A DNA stretch of 64,000 bases from an uncultured Alphaproteobacteria bacterium (GTDB taxonomy: Bacteria; Pseudomonadota; Alphaproteobacteria; MPNO01; DASWLB01). The translations under genes were made by a program, and so were the position numbers. Below the pieces are notes generated by a model. That model was given only the letters and a program-made list of their open reading frames with translations, had not been told where the DNA came from and did not search any database. Shown here piece by piece: positions 38,439-47,671 of the stretch; the first letter of the stretch is position 1, and each line of letters starts with the position of its first letter. Location: NCBI GenBank assembly GCA_963826605.1, contig CAWGXN010000004.1, positions 4,239-68,238 of the forward strand. Direction: 5' to 3'.

Positions 38439-39446
38439 TCATGCGCCTTCTCCCGTTTCGCGCACCACCTGGCGCGGGCCCTTGTCGGGGCGGAGGCCAA
38501 GGAAGCGCGGATGGCGCAGCCTTCCGTCGCGGGTCCATTCGGTGAAGCCGAACTGGCCCACCAGCCGGGGCGCCACCCATGTCACGTCGCGCTCGCGCGG
38601 CGGATCGGCGAAGGGCGGCCTCGCCTGCGCCATCCGGTCCATCTGGCGCCGCATGTCGGCCAGAAGCCGATGGTCGAACCCTGTGCCCACCTTGCCGGCA
38701 TAGCGCAGCGCGCCGTCGTCGTAGTATCCGACCAGCAGGGCGCCGAACCCGGTGCGGCTGCCTTTGGGGGCGGTGAACCCGCCGATCACCAGCTCCTGGC
38801 CGCGCTCGCACTTGAATTTCAGCCAGTCGGGGCTGCGCGCATGGCGATAGGGTGCGCTCGCCCGCTTGGCGATCACCCCCTCCCATCCCTTGCGGCAGGC
38901 GTCGCGGTACATCTTCTCGCCGTCGCGGTTGCGATGGGTGGAGTAGCGCAGCGGGTCGCGCCAGGCGAAGGCGCGCTTCAGCGCCGCCTTGCGCGCGCGC
39001 AGCGGCAGGCGCTCCAGGCTGTAGCCGGCCAGATGGATCGCGTCGAACACATAGTAGTGGACGGCGATCCGGCTCCGCAGCGCCTCGGCGCGCTTCTTGA
39101 TCTGCATGCGGCCCTGCAGCCGGGCGAAGCTGGTGGCGGCGCCGTCGAACGCGACGATCTCGCCGTCGACCACGTAGTCGCACGCGGCGGCGGCCGACAG
39201 CGCGTCGACCAGCTCGGGATAGGTGTCGCCGATGGCGGCGCGGTTGCGCGTATAGAGCTTCACCTTGCCGCCCTTGGCGACGGCGATGGCGCGCTCGCCG
39301 TCATATTTGCGCTCGTAGAGCCATCCGGGATCGGAGAACCGCTTGCCGGTCAGGGTGGCGAGCATCGGCTGCGACCAGTCGGGCTGGGGCGTGCGCACCA
39401 GGCACTCCCGCGCGTCTTCCGTCAGGCTGGCGAACGGGTCGGTCAT
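38439..39446 (-). CDS. ATP-dependent DNA ligase (LigD ligase domain), stand-alone
   Basis: ATG at 39446. Motif I is ERKYDGER. It also reads WEGVIAKR and WLKFK. Confidence 0.85.
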   Translation of the reverse strand: MTDPFASLTEDARECLVRTPQPDWSQPMLATLTGKRFSDPGWLYERKYDGERAIAVAKGGKVKLYTRNRAAIGDTYPELVDALSAAAACDYVVDGEIVAFDGAATSFARLQGRMQIKKRAEALRSRIAVHYYVFDAIHLAGYSLERLPLRARKAALKRAFAWRDPLRYSTHRNRDGEKMYRDACRKGWEGVIAKRASAPYRHARSPDWLKFKCERGQELVIGGFTAPKGSRTGFGALLVGYYDDGALRYAGKVGTGFDHRLLADMRRQMDRMAQARPPFADPPRERDVTWVAPRLVGQFGFTEWTRDGRLRHPRFLGLRPDKGPRQVVRETGEGA

Positions 39447-39499
39447 GCCGCGGGCCACTCCACCGTCCCGTTCGCCCTGAGCCGTCTCCACGCAATCGC

Positions 39500-39730
39500 G
39501 AAGCGACCCCCCTCCCCAGCCCTTGGCGCCGCCGGACATGCCACTGGCATGTCCGGGCCCGGCGTCCAGTGAACGCCGGGCAGGCGCCAAGCCCTCAAGG
39601 GGGGAGGGGGCGAAACCGACGGCCGGTGCGCGATTGTCAAGCGCGGTGCCGGTGGCCGCAAAGAACAGTGGAACCGGGGTTCCCTCCCCCCTTGAGGGGG
39701 AGGGACAGGGAGAGGGGTAGGGGTCTCGCC
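39500..39730. repeat. Intergenic block of family-1 GC-rich palindromes plus a 9-bp hairpin (ggacatgcc-act-ggcatgtcc)
   Basis: 39682-39725 (ccctccccccttgagggggagggacagggagaggggtagggg) is the reverse complement of the unit at 56652-56690. Confidence 0.5.
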
Positions 39731-39762
39731 AAGGTTGGGAAGGGCGTTCGCGATCCGGCTGG

Positions 39763-40368
39763 TCATCGCGCGTGCGGGCTTTCGGCGCGCTCGATCTGGC
39801 GCAGCGTGCGGCCTGTCTTGGCCGACTTCGTCTGGCGCTTCACCGGGTCCTTGCGTTCGCTCGCGTATTCGTCGCGCATCTTGACCAGCAGCCAGCGCGC
39901 GTCCTTGCCGTCGCCGGTGCGGGTCAGGGCGAACTTGCCCTTCAGCTTCTCGCCGTCCAGCCGGAACAGCAGATGCCCGTCGCGCAGCGCAAGGTGCGCC
40001 GGGCGGATCTTGCCCTTCTTCTCGGTCACGTTCTCGAACGTGCCGCGGTCCCAGACCAGCACCGCGCCGGCGCCGTACTCGCCTTCGGGGATCGTGCCCT
40101 CGAACTCGGCGTACTCCATCGGGTGGTCCTCGGTCGGCACGGCCAGGCGCTTGATTTTGGGGTCGAGCGACGGGCCTTTCGGTACCGCCCAGCTTTTCAG
40201 CGCGCCGCCGATCTCGAGCCGGAAATCGTAGTGCAGCCGGCTCGCGTCGTGCTTCTGAATCACGAAGATCGGTGCGCGCGCCGCGCCGCGGCGGCGGCGT
40301 GCGCCCTTCGGCTCGGGGGTGCGCGTGAAATCGCGCTTCTGCTCGTAGGTCGATTTGCGTGTGGCCAT
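39763..40368 (-). CDS. LigD 3'-phosphoesterase domain, stand-alone
   Basis: ATG at 40368. It reads FVIQKHDASRLHYDFRLEIGGALKSWAVPKGPS. The start overlaps the upstream stop (TGATG). Confidence 0.8.
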   Translation of the reverse strand: MATRKSTYEQKRDFTRTPEPKGARRRRGAARAPIFVIQKHDASRLHYDFRLEIGGALKSWAVPKGPSLDPKIKRLAVPTEDHPMEYAEFEGTIPEGEYGAGAVLVWDRGTFENVTEKKGKIRPAHLALRDGHLLFRLDGEKLKGKFALTRTGDGKDARWLLVKMRDEYASERKDPVKRQTKSAKTGRTLRQIERAESPHAR

Positions 40369-41102
40369 CACATCGCCTCCTTCACGCCGGCGCGGATCAG
40401 CCACCAGTTGACCGGATAGGCGGTGGCGAAGCCGCACCACATCGCGATCTGCATCATGAACCAGAACTCGGGCCGGTCCGGCTCCAGCGCGGCGCCGATC
40501 AGCGTGCCGAACAGATAGAAGTGCGCGACCGCCATGAAGCCGTACATGCCGACCTGCCACGAGGTCAGCGACAGCGTGTCGGCCTTCACCGCCTGGACGA
40601 TCCCCTCGCCGGGCGACAGGCCGCGCATCGGGACGATGGTGAAGTACTGAAACACGATGCCGAACGCGAAGGCGAAGGCGTAATCGACGATCCAGACGGC
40701 GTAGATCTTGTCCGGAAAGATCGATTTCCAGCCCAGCCAAATGGCGACGACGGGCGCGAGGAAGGCCAGCCACTCGGCGCAGATGTCGCCCAGCGTGCAG
40801 CCCGCGCCGCAATGGCTCGCCCCCTTGCCGACCTTGATCGGGAAGGGCGTCTCGTGCGTCGAGGGCGGGTCCTCGCCGCGCGCCTCGGCCCGCTCCTTCT
40901 TCGCTTTCGTGGCCAGCCGGCCGTATTTGTAATAGCTCCAGACCGCGAACGGCCCAGCATAGAGCCCGCTCACCGGCCAGACGAAGTTCATGATGGCCAT
41001 CTGCTGCGGATGGCGCGTCTCGTCCCACGCGATCCAGATCGCGGAGGCGAATCCCGCCGCCAGCGCGGCCACGGACAGCACATGGAGCCAGCCGGGAATC
41101 AT
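40368..41102 (-). CDS. DUF4396 domain-containing membrane protein
   Basis: ATG at 41102 (MIPGWLHVLS). It has multiple TM segments and the motif HCGAGCTLGD. Confidence 0.65.
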   Translation of the reverse strand: MIPGWLHVLSVAALAAGFASAIWIAWDETRHPQQMAIMNFVWPVSGLYAGPFAVWSYYKYGRLATKAKKERAEARGEDPPSTHETPFPIKVGKGASHCGAGCTLGDICAEWLAFLAPVVAIWLGWKSIFPDKIYAVWIVDYAFAFAFGIVFQYFTIVPMRGLSPGEGIVQAVKADTLSLTSWQVGMYGFMAVAHFYLFGTLIGAALEPDRPEFWFMMQIAMWCGFATAYPVNWWLIRAGVKEAM

Positions 41103-41163
41103 CGGGCCGCTGAGCGCCGCCGATCCGGCGCCGTCAACCTGTAAGCATTTCGTCTCATCGCCC

Positions 41164-41793
41164 CTAATGAACGGAGCGGTCGGGCGTGCGTTCCGGGAAG
41201 TATTGCGGCGCCTCGCGCCGGTCGAACATGCCGTAGTCGCGGATGACGTGGACCAGGCGATGGGCGAAGCCGGTGGCACCGGCGGGGGCAACCGGCCGCC
41301 AGAACCCCGCCGCCCCGGCGTCGCGCCATTCGGCGAGGACGAGCTTGCGGCCCGGCACGGTGAGGCTCGCGAACCCCTCATGGGCGACCAGGCCGGGCCC
41401 GGCCGGTGGGGCGAGGGGGGCCGCCGCCGCGCTTGTGGCGACGGTCAGCGTCACGGCGCCGGCCGCGCCCACCTCGGTCGCATCGAGCCGGGTGCGGGCC
41501 GCCCCCTCGGCCGCAATCTCGCCGACCCGCAGGTGATAGTCCTCGAAGATCTCGAACCGGCCCTTTTCCTGCACGCCGTGATGCTCGCCCTGGGTGCGCC
41601 AGCGGATCACCGCCTTCTCGTCGCGCCACAGCGACAGCGACAGCAGCCGGCCCTTGGCGCGCAGGCTTTCGAAGCGCTCGTTCTCGACGAATCCGTCGAT
41701 CGCCTCGAGGCGCGGGCGCAGGTATTTGGCCAGGGACAGATAGTCATCCCACCGCTCGGGCTTCGGCTGCACCTCAAAGATCACGGCGAACAT
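41164..41793 (-). CDS. Antibiotic-biosynthesis-monooxygenase (ABM) domain protein
   Basis: Reads MFAVIFEVQPKPERWDDYLSLAKYLRP...LSLSLWRDEKAVIRWR. Confidence 0.65.
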   Translation of the reverse strand: MFAVIFEVQPKPERWDDYLSLAKYLRPRLEAIDGFVENERFESLRAKGRLLSLSLWRDEKAVIRWRTQGEHHGVQEKGRFEIFEDYHLRVGEIAAEGAARTRLDATEVGAAGAVTLTVATSAAAAPLAPPAGPGLVAHEGFASLTVPGRKLVLAEWRDAGAAGFWRPVAPAGATGFAHRLVHVIRDYGMFDRREAPQYFPERTPDRSVH

Positions 41794-42316
41794 GGCCCCG
41801 CCTCGCTTGCGTCCCGTCGTCCGGCCCGTGCGCGCGGATGAAGCTGACCGACCCGTCGCGCTCCAGGTAGGCCGCGTCGATCCCGCCGAGCTCCGCCTGT
41901 CCGGCGCGCAGCCGCAGCGCCTCGCGCAGATCGTCTTCCGAGATCCCGGCGCGGCGCATCACATCGTGCTGCATCTGCCCGTTCGCGACCAGCCGCTTTT
42001 CGCGCCCCTTCACCAGCCGCGAGAGGGCGGGCGAGCGGCCGGTCGCCCATACCAGGACGGCGTGCAGTCCCATGAGGATCGCGACCGTCGCGAGCGCCGG
42101 CGCAAAGCGCGCGTTGCCGGTCAGCGCCCGGCTCAGCGTCGACCCGAGCAGGATCGCCACCGTGGTGTCGATCGCGGCGAATCGGCCGAAGACGCGCGCG
42201 TAGAGCAGCCGCAGCAGGATGACCGCGAAGAAAAAGACCGCCACGCCGCGGGCGGCCATCTGCCACCAGGTGATGTCCTGGGCCGAGGCGGTGAAGATCG
42301 CGGCAAGGGCGTGCAT
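41774..42316 (-). CDS. DUF421 (YetF-like) membrane protein
   Basis: ATG at 42316. It reads RVFGRFAAIDTTVAILLGS...LVANGQMQHDVMRRAGISEDDLREALR...AYLERDGSVSFI. Confidence 0.6.
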   Translation of the reverse strand: MHALAAIFTASAQDITWWQMAARGVAVFFFAVILLRLLYARVFGRFAAIDTTVAILLGSTLSRALTGNARFAPALATVAILMGLHAVLVWATGRSPALSRLVKGREKRLVANGQMQHDVMRRAGISEDDLREALRLRAGQAELGGIDAAYLERDGSVSFIRAHGPDDGTQARRGHVRRDL

Positions 42317-42326
42317 GGCGCCGCCG

Positions 42327-44725
42327 TCAGTGGTCGAGCGGCGGCGGTGCGGTGCGGTGGCCCCAGCGCCAGTCGCGGATCTCGGGCATGTCCTCGCCAT
42401 GCGCGCGGATATAGGCCTTGTGGTCGAGCAGCTTGTCGCGGACGAACTGCTTGGCGTGCGCGGCGCGCGGGCCCAGCCGCGGCACGCGGTCGATCACGTC
42501 GCCGACCAGGTGGAAGCGGTCGAGGTCGTTCAGCACCACCATGTCGAACGGCGTGGTGGTGGTGCCCTCCTCCTTGTAGCCGCGCACGTGCAAATTGTGG
42601 TGGTTGGTGCGCCGGTAGGTCAGGCGGTGGATCAGCCAGGGATAGCCGTGGAAGGCGAAGATGATCGGCTTGTCGCGGGTGAACAGCGCGTCGAAGTCCC
42701 AGTCGGTCAGCCCGTGCGGGTGCTCGGTGCGCGGCTGCAGGGTCATCAGGTCGACCACGTTGACCACCCGCACCTTCAGGTCGCGGAACCGGTCGCGCAG
42801 GATCTCGACCGCCGCCAGCGTCTCGATGGTCGGCACGTCGCCGGCGCAGGCCATCACCACGTCGGGCTCGCCGTCCTGGTCGTTGCAGGCCCATTCCCAG
42901 ATGCCGAGCCCGGCGGTGCAGTGCCTCACCGCCTGGTCCATGTCGAGCCATTGCGGCTGGGGCTGCTTGCCGGCGACGATGACGTTGACGTAGTTGCGGC
43001 TGCGCAGGCAGTGGTCGGCGACCGACAGCAGCGTGTTCGCGTCCGGCGGCAGGTAGACGCGGACCACCTCGGCCTTCTTGTTGACCACGTGGTCGATGAA
43101 GCCCGGGTCCTGGTGGCTGAACCCGTTATGGTCCTGGCGCCAGACGTGGCTGGTCAGCAGGTAGTTGAGCGAGGCGATGGGCCGGCGCCAGGGGATCTGG
43201 CGCGACACCTTCAGCCACTTGGCGTGCTGGTTGAACATCGAATCGACGATGTGGATGAAGGCCTCGTAGCACGAGAACAGGCCGTGCCGGCCGGTCAGCA
43301 GATAGCCCTCCAGCCAGCCCTGGCAGAGATGCTCGCTGAGCACCTCCATCACCCGCCCGTCGGGCGCCAGGTGGTCGTCGCCCGGGCGGATCTCGGCGGT
43401 CGACACGCGGTCGGTCACCTCGAACACGTCGGCCAGGCGGTTGGATGCCGTCTCGTCGGGGCCGAACAGGCGGAAGTTGCGCGCCTCGGCGTTCCGCTCC
43501 ATCACGTCGCGCAGGAAGCCGCCCAGCGCGCGCGTGGCCTCGGCGATCGTCGCGCCCGGCTCCGGCACGTCGACGGCGTGGGCGCGGAAGTCGGGCAGGC
43601 GCAGCTCGCGCAGCTTGAGCCCGCCATTGGCGTGCGGGTTGGCGCCCATGCGCCGGTCGCCGTCGGGGGCGAGGGCGGCGAGTTCCGGCGACCAGCCGTC
43701 CGTCGGCGTCGAACAGCTCCTCGGGGCGGTAGCTCTTCATCCAGTCCTCGAGCATGGCGAGCCGCTCGGGATGCTCGGCGAGCCCGCCCAGCGGCACCTG
43801 GTGGGCGCGGAACGTGCCCTCGATCGGCACGCCGTCGACCTCCTTCGGGCCGGTCCAGCCCTTCGGCGTCTCCAGCACGATCATCGGCCAGGCCGGGCGC
43901 TGGCGGAACCCCTCGGCGCGCGCGGTCCTCTGGATGGCGTGGATCTCGGCGAGGCAGGTGTCGAGCGCGCCGGCCATCTCCTGGTGCACCTGGTCCGGAT
44001 CGTCGCCGGCGACGAATTGCGGCTCGTAGCCGTAGCCGCGCAGCAAGAGGTCGAGCTCGTCGCGCCCGATGCGCGCCAGCACGGTCGGGTTGGCGATCTT
44101 GTAGCCGTTGAGGTGCAGGATCGGCAGCACCGCGCCGTCGCGCGCCGGGTTGAGGAACTTGTTGGAATGCCAGCTCGTCGCCAGCGCGCCGGTCTCGGCC
44201 TCGCCGTCGCCGATCACGCAGGCGACGATCAGGTCGGGATTGTCGAACGCCGCGCCATAGGCGTGCGCCAGCGAGTAGCCGAGTTCGCCGCCCTCGTTGA
44301 TCGAACCGGGCGTCTCGGCCGCGGTGTGGCTCGGGATGCCGCCCGGAAAGGAGAACTGCTGGAACAGGCGGCGCATGCCCTCGGCGTCGAGACGTGACCT
44401 CGGGGTAGAGCTCGCTATAGGTGCCTTCGAGCCAGGTGTTGGCGACCAGCCCCGGCCCGCCATGGCCCGGCCCGGTGACGTAGATCATGTCGAGATCGTG
44501 CTCGCGGATCAGCCGGTTGAGATGGACGTAGATGAAGTTGAGGCCGGGCGTCGTGCCCCAATGGCCGAGCAGCCGCGGCTTGATGTGCTCGAGCGTCAGC
44601 TTCTCGCGCAGCAGCGGGTTGTCCATCAGGTAGATCTGGCCGACCGACAGGTAGTTCGCGGCCCGCCAGTAGGCGTCCATGCGGCGCAGCGCCTCGTCTG
44701 TCAGCGGATTGTCCATAGGTTCCAT
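42327..44725 (-). CDS. xfp: Phosphoketolase (xylulose-5-P/fructose-6-P), with two frame breaks near 44390 and 43690
   Basis: Reads [27 protein letters not shown], then [26 protein letters not shown], then [10 protein letters not shown]...[15 protein letters not shown]. These pieces lie in three frames. Confidence 0.9.
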
Positions 44726-45948
44726 TACACGTGCCCCTCGAATGTCGGATCGGCTAAAGGGCGGGCGAGGTCCTCCGTCGCCCGCGCGATGACGATCTCC
44801 TCGTCGGTCGGAATGACGCGCACCGTCACGCGGGACTGCGCGGCGGAGATGACGGGCGCGTTGCCGGCATTGGCCGCGGCGTCGATGGCGATGCCGAGGA
44901 AGCCCAGCCCGTCGCAGATCGCCTGGCGCACGCTGGGCGCCCGCTCGCCGATGCCCGCGGTGAAGACCACCGTGTCGAGCCCGCCAAGCGCCGCCGCCAT
45001 CGCCGCGAGCTGCTTGCGGGCGGTGTAGCAGAACAGCGCCACGGCCTCGGCGGCGCGGGCATCCTCCGGCGCGGCGCGCATCAGCGCCGCCATGTCGCCG
45101 GTCGTGCCGGACATGCCCGCCAGCCCGGCCCTGCGGTTCACCAGCGCGTCCAGATCGTCGGGCGAGAAGCCCTTTTCGCGCGCCAGGTGGATCAGGACGC
45201 CCGGGTCCAGGTCGCCCGAGCGCGTGGCCATCATCAGCCCGCCGGCCGGGGTGAACCCCATCGTGGTGTCGACCGGGCGCCCGTCGCGCACGGCGGCCAG
45301 GCTGGCGCCCGCGCCGAGATGGGCGATGACCACCCGGCCGCGCGCCGCCGCCGCGCCGCCGGCGGCCTCCAGCGCGCCGAGCACATACTGGTAGGAAAGG
45401 CCGTGAAACCCGAACCGCACCACGCCTTCGTCGTAGAGCGCGCGGGTCAGCGGCAGCATGCGCGCCACGGCGGGCAGGTCATGGTGGAAGGCGGTGTCGA
45501 AGCAGGCCACCTGGATCGTGTCGGGAAACGCCCGGCCGGTGGCGCGGATCGCCGCCAGCTCGGCCGGCAGATGGTCGGGGTCGAGCGAGGCGAGCCCTTC
45601 CAGCGCGCGCTCCATCTCCGGGGTGATTTGCGCGGGCGCTCCGAACGATAACCCGCCATGGACCAGCCGGTGGCCAACCGCGTCGATCGCGCCCGCCGCG
45701 CCGCTTTCCGCCAGCCAGTCGAGAAAGGCGCCGATGGCCGCCGCGTGATCGGGCAGGCCGGCGTCGCGCGCCACCAGCTCGGCCCCGGCGGCGTCGGTGA
45801 CCCGAAAGCGCCCGCCGCCGGTCCCGATCCCGGTCAGCCGGGCGGCGAGCCGGCGCGTCTCCGCCGTCCCGTCCATCTCGTAAAGGGCGGACTTGACGCT
45901 GGATGAGCCGGCATTGACGGTGAGGATGCGCAGCAGCCGCCGGGAAAT
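44725..45948 (-). CDS. ackA: Acetate kinase. The start codon is non-canonical (ATT 45948 or CTG a few codons downstream)
   Basis: Reads [16 protein letters not shown]...GHRLVHGG...FDTAFHH...FGFHGLS. Its stop overlaps the xfp start (TAATG at 44723-44727). Confidence 0.85.
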   Translation of the reverse strand: MSRRLLRILTVNAGSSSVKSALYEMDGTAETRRLAARLTGIGTGGGRFRVTDAAGAELVARDAGLPDHAAAIGAFLDWLAESGAAGAIDAVGHRLVHGGLSFGAPAQITPEMERALEGLASLDPDHLPAELAAIRATGRAFPDTIQVACFDTAFHHDLPAVARMLPLTRALYDEGVVRFGFHGLSYQYVLGALEAAGGAAAARGRVVIAHLGAGASLAAVRDGRPVDTTMGFTPAGGLMMATRSGDLDPGVLIHLAREKGFSPDDLDALVNRRAGLAGMSGTTGDMAALMRAAPEDARAAEAVALFCYTARKQLAAMAAALGGLDTVVFTAGIGERAPSVRQAICDGLGFLGIAIDAAANAGNAPVISAAQSRVTVRVIPTDEEIVIARATEDLARPLADPTFEGHV

Positions 45949-46080
45949 GGCGCCTCTCCTGTCGGTTGCGTTCGTTGCCCTACAGATAGGGTCCGCGGGA
46001 CGCGGTTGCACGGGCCCCGGCACGCGTGGCGCGCGAGGCCGGTCCGGAACGCCGGGCGGGTGTCGGGCGTTCCGAACCAC

Positions 46081-46737
46081 ATGCCGGACCTCCACGACAT
46101 ATTTGCCTGGATTCGGCAGTTTCTCGACAGCTACGGCTACGTTTCGGTCGGCACGCTGGTCTTCCTGGAATCGTTCGGCATGCCGCTGCCGGGCGAGACG
46201 CTGCTGATTTCGGCCTCGGTCGTGGCCGCCAAGGGCAAGCTCGACATCGTGGCCCTGACCGGCATCGCCTTCGTCGCGGCCACCGTCGGCGACAATGTGG
46301 GCTACTGGATCGGGCGGCGCTTCGGACGGCGCTTCGTCGCGCGCTACGGCCGCCATATCGGCCTGACGGAGACGCGCATCGACAAGGTCGAGGCGGTCGT
46401 CTGCAAGTATGGCCCGCCCTTCGTCGCCATCGCCCGCTTCATCGAGGTGGCGCGCCAGCTCAATGGCATCGCCGCCGGCACGTCCGGCATGCGGTGGTGG
46501 CGCTTCGCTCTCTTCAATGCACTGGGCGCAGCGATCTGGGTGGGCGTGTGGTCCGGCCTTGCCTACACGCTGGGCGACCACATGAAATCGATCGAGTCCT
46601 GGGCGACGAATATCGGGCTCGCGGCCGTCGGCATCGCGGTGATCGGCGGGGCGGGGGCGTTCTACTGGTTCCGCCGCCGCGCCGGCGCGGACCGCGCCAC
46701 CTCCGACGGCGCCACCTCCGGCGGCGCCACCGAATGA
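46081..46737 (+). CDS. DedA family membrane protein
   Basis: Reads GYVSVGTLVFLESFGMPLPGETLL...GDNVGYWIGRRFGRRFV. Confidence 0.8.
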   Translation: MPDLHDIFAWIRQFLDSYGYVSVGTLVFLESFGMPLPGETLLISASVVAAKGKLDIVALTGIAFVAATVGDNVGYWIGRRFGRRFVARYGRHIGLTETRIDKVEAVVCKYGPPFVAIARFIEVARQLNGIAAGTSGMRWWRFALFNALGAAIWVGVWSGLAYTLGDHMKSIESWATNIGLAAVGIAVIGGAGAFYWFRRRAGADRATSDGATSGGATE

Positions 46738-46804
46738 CCCCCCGCGTGGACGCTGTGCCAAATGTTAATACCGGCCGCCGTCCACTGCGGATAAGTTCCC
46801 GCGC

Positions 46805-47440
46805 ATGAACGGACGATCCGCGGCGGCTGAGGTCGACATCGTGTTTTGGGACGTGGGCGGCGTGCTGCTCACCAACGGGTGGGACCGGCATGCCCGCAGC
46901 GCCGCGGCGGAACGCTTCGGGCTCGACCTCGACGAGTTCGCCTACCTGCACGAATCCACCATGCCGGACTTCGAGCTCGGCCGGCTCGACCTCGACGAGT
47001 ATCTGCGCCGCACCGTGTTCCACCGCGACCGGCCGTTCGCGCTGGCCGAGATGCGGGACTTCGTCCTCGCCCAGTCGAAGCCGCACCCGGAGGCGCTGGC
47101 CGTGCTGCGCGCGCTGGCGGAGAAGGGGGATTGCCGCAACGCGATGCTCAACAACGAGTCGCGCTCGCTCAACCTCTACCGCATACGGACCTTCGGGCTG
47201 GACACGCTGTTCGACCTCTATTTCAGCTCGTGCTTCCTCGGCGTGCGCAAGCCGAGCCTCGACATCTACGAACGCGTGCTCGACATCGTGCAGCTCGATC
47301 CCGCCCGTTGCCTGTTCATCGACGACCGTGCCGCCAATCTGGAATACCCCGCCACGCGGGGCTGGCGCACGATCCGCTATACCGACGCGGCGGCGCTGCG
47401 CGGCGAACTGGCGAAGCACGGGATCGCCGTCGCGCCATGA
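46805..47440 (+). CDS. HAD-superfamily hydrolase (subfamily IA-like)
   Basis: Reads DIVFWDVGGVLL...GVRKPSLDIYERVL...CLFIDDRAANL. Confidence 0.75.
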   Translation: MNGRSAAAEVDIVFWDVGGVLLTNGWDRHARSAAAERFGLDLDEFAYLHESTMPDFELGRLDLDEYLRRTVFHRDRPFALAEMRDFVLAQSKPHPEALAVLRALAEKGDCRNAMLNNESRSLNLYRIRTFGLDTLFDLYFSSCFLGVRKPSLDIYERVLDIVQLDPARCLFIDDRAANLEYPATRGWRTIRYTDAAALRGELAKHGIAVAP

Positions 47441-47671
47441 CGGTCGCGCCGCACCCGTTCGCACGTCTTTCCCCCTGAACGGGAGGAGGACAGGAGGGGT
47501 GCGGCAACATGCCCGCCCCGAGGTCTGGCCCGGATCGGGCCCGAAACACGTGCCAATCCCGGGGCGGCGGCAGGCCGCTTAACCCAGGTGAAGGCGGGCG
47601 CGCGGCGCAAGGCTGAGCGTCGAGTGGTTCGCGTATACGAGTTGCGGCCCGCGGGGCCGCTGGAGGCCTGC

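Noticed and set aside
39523-39766. Short ORFs such as ..PSPLEGEGQGEG.. here, and equivalents at 56616-56821 and 59222-59467
   Set aside because: They are translations of the GC-rich palindromic repeats and recur wherever the repeat recurs. They are not genes.
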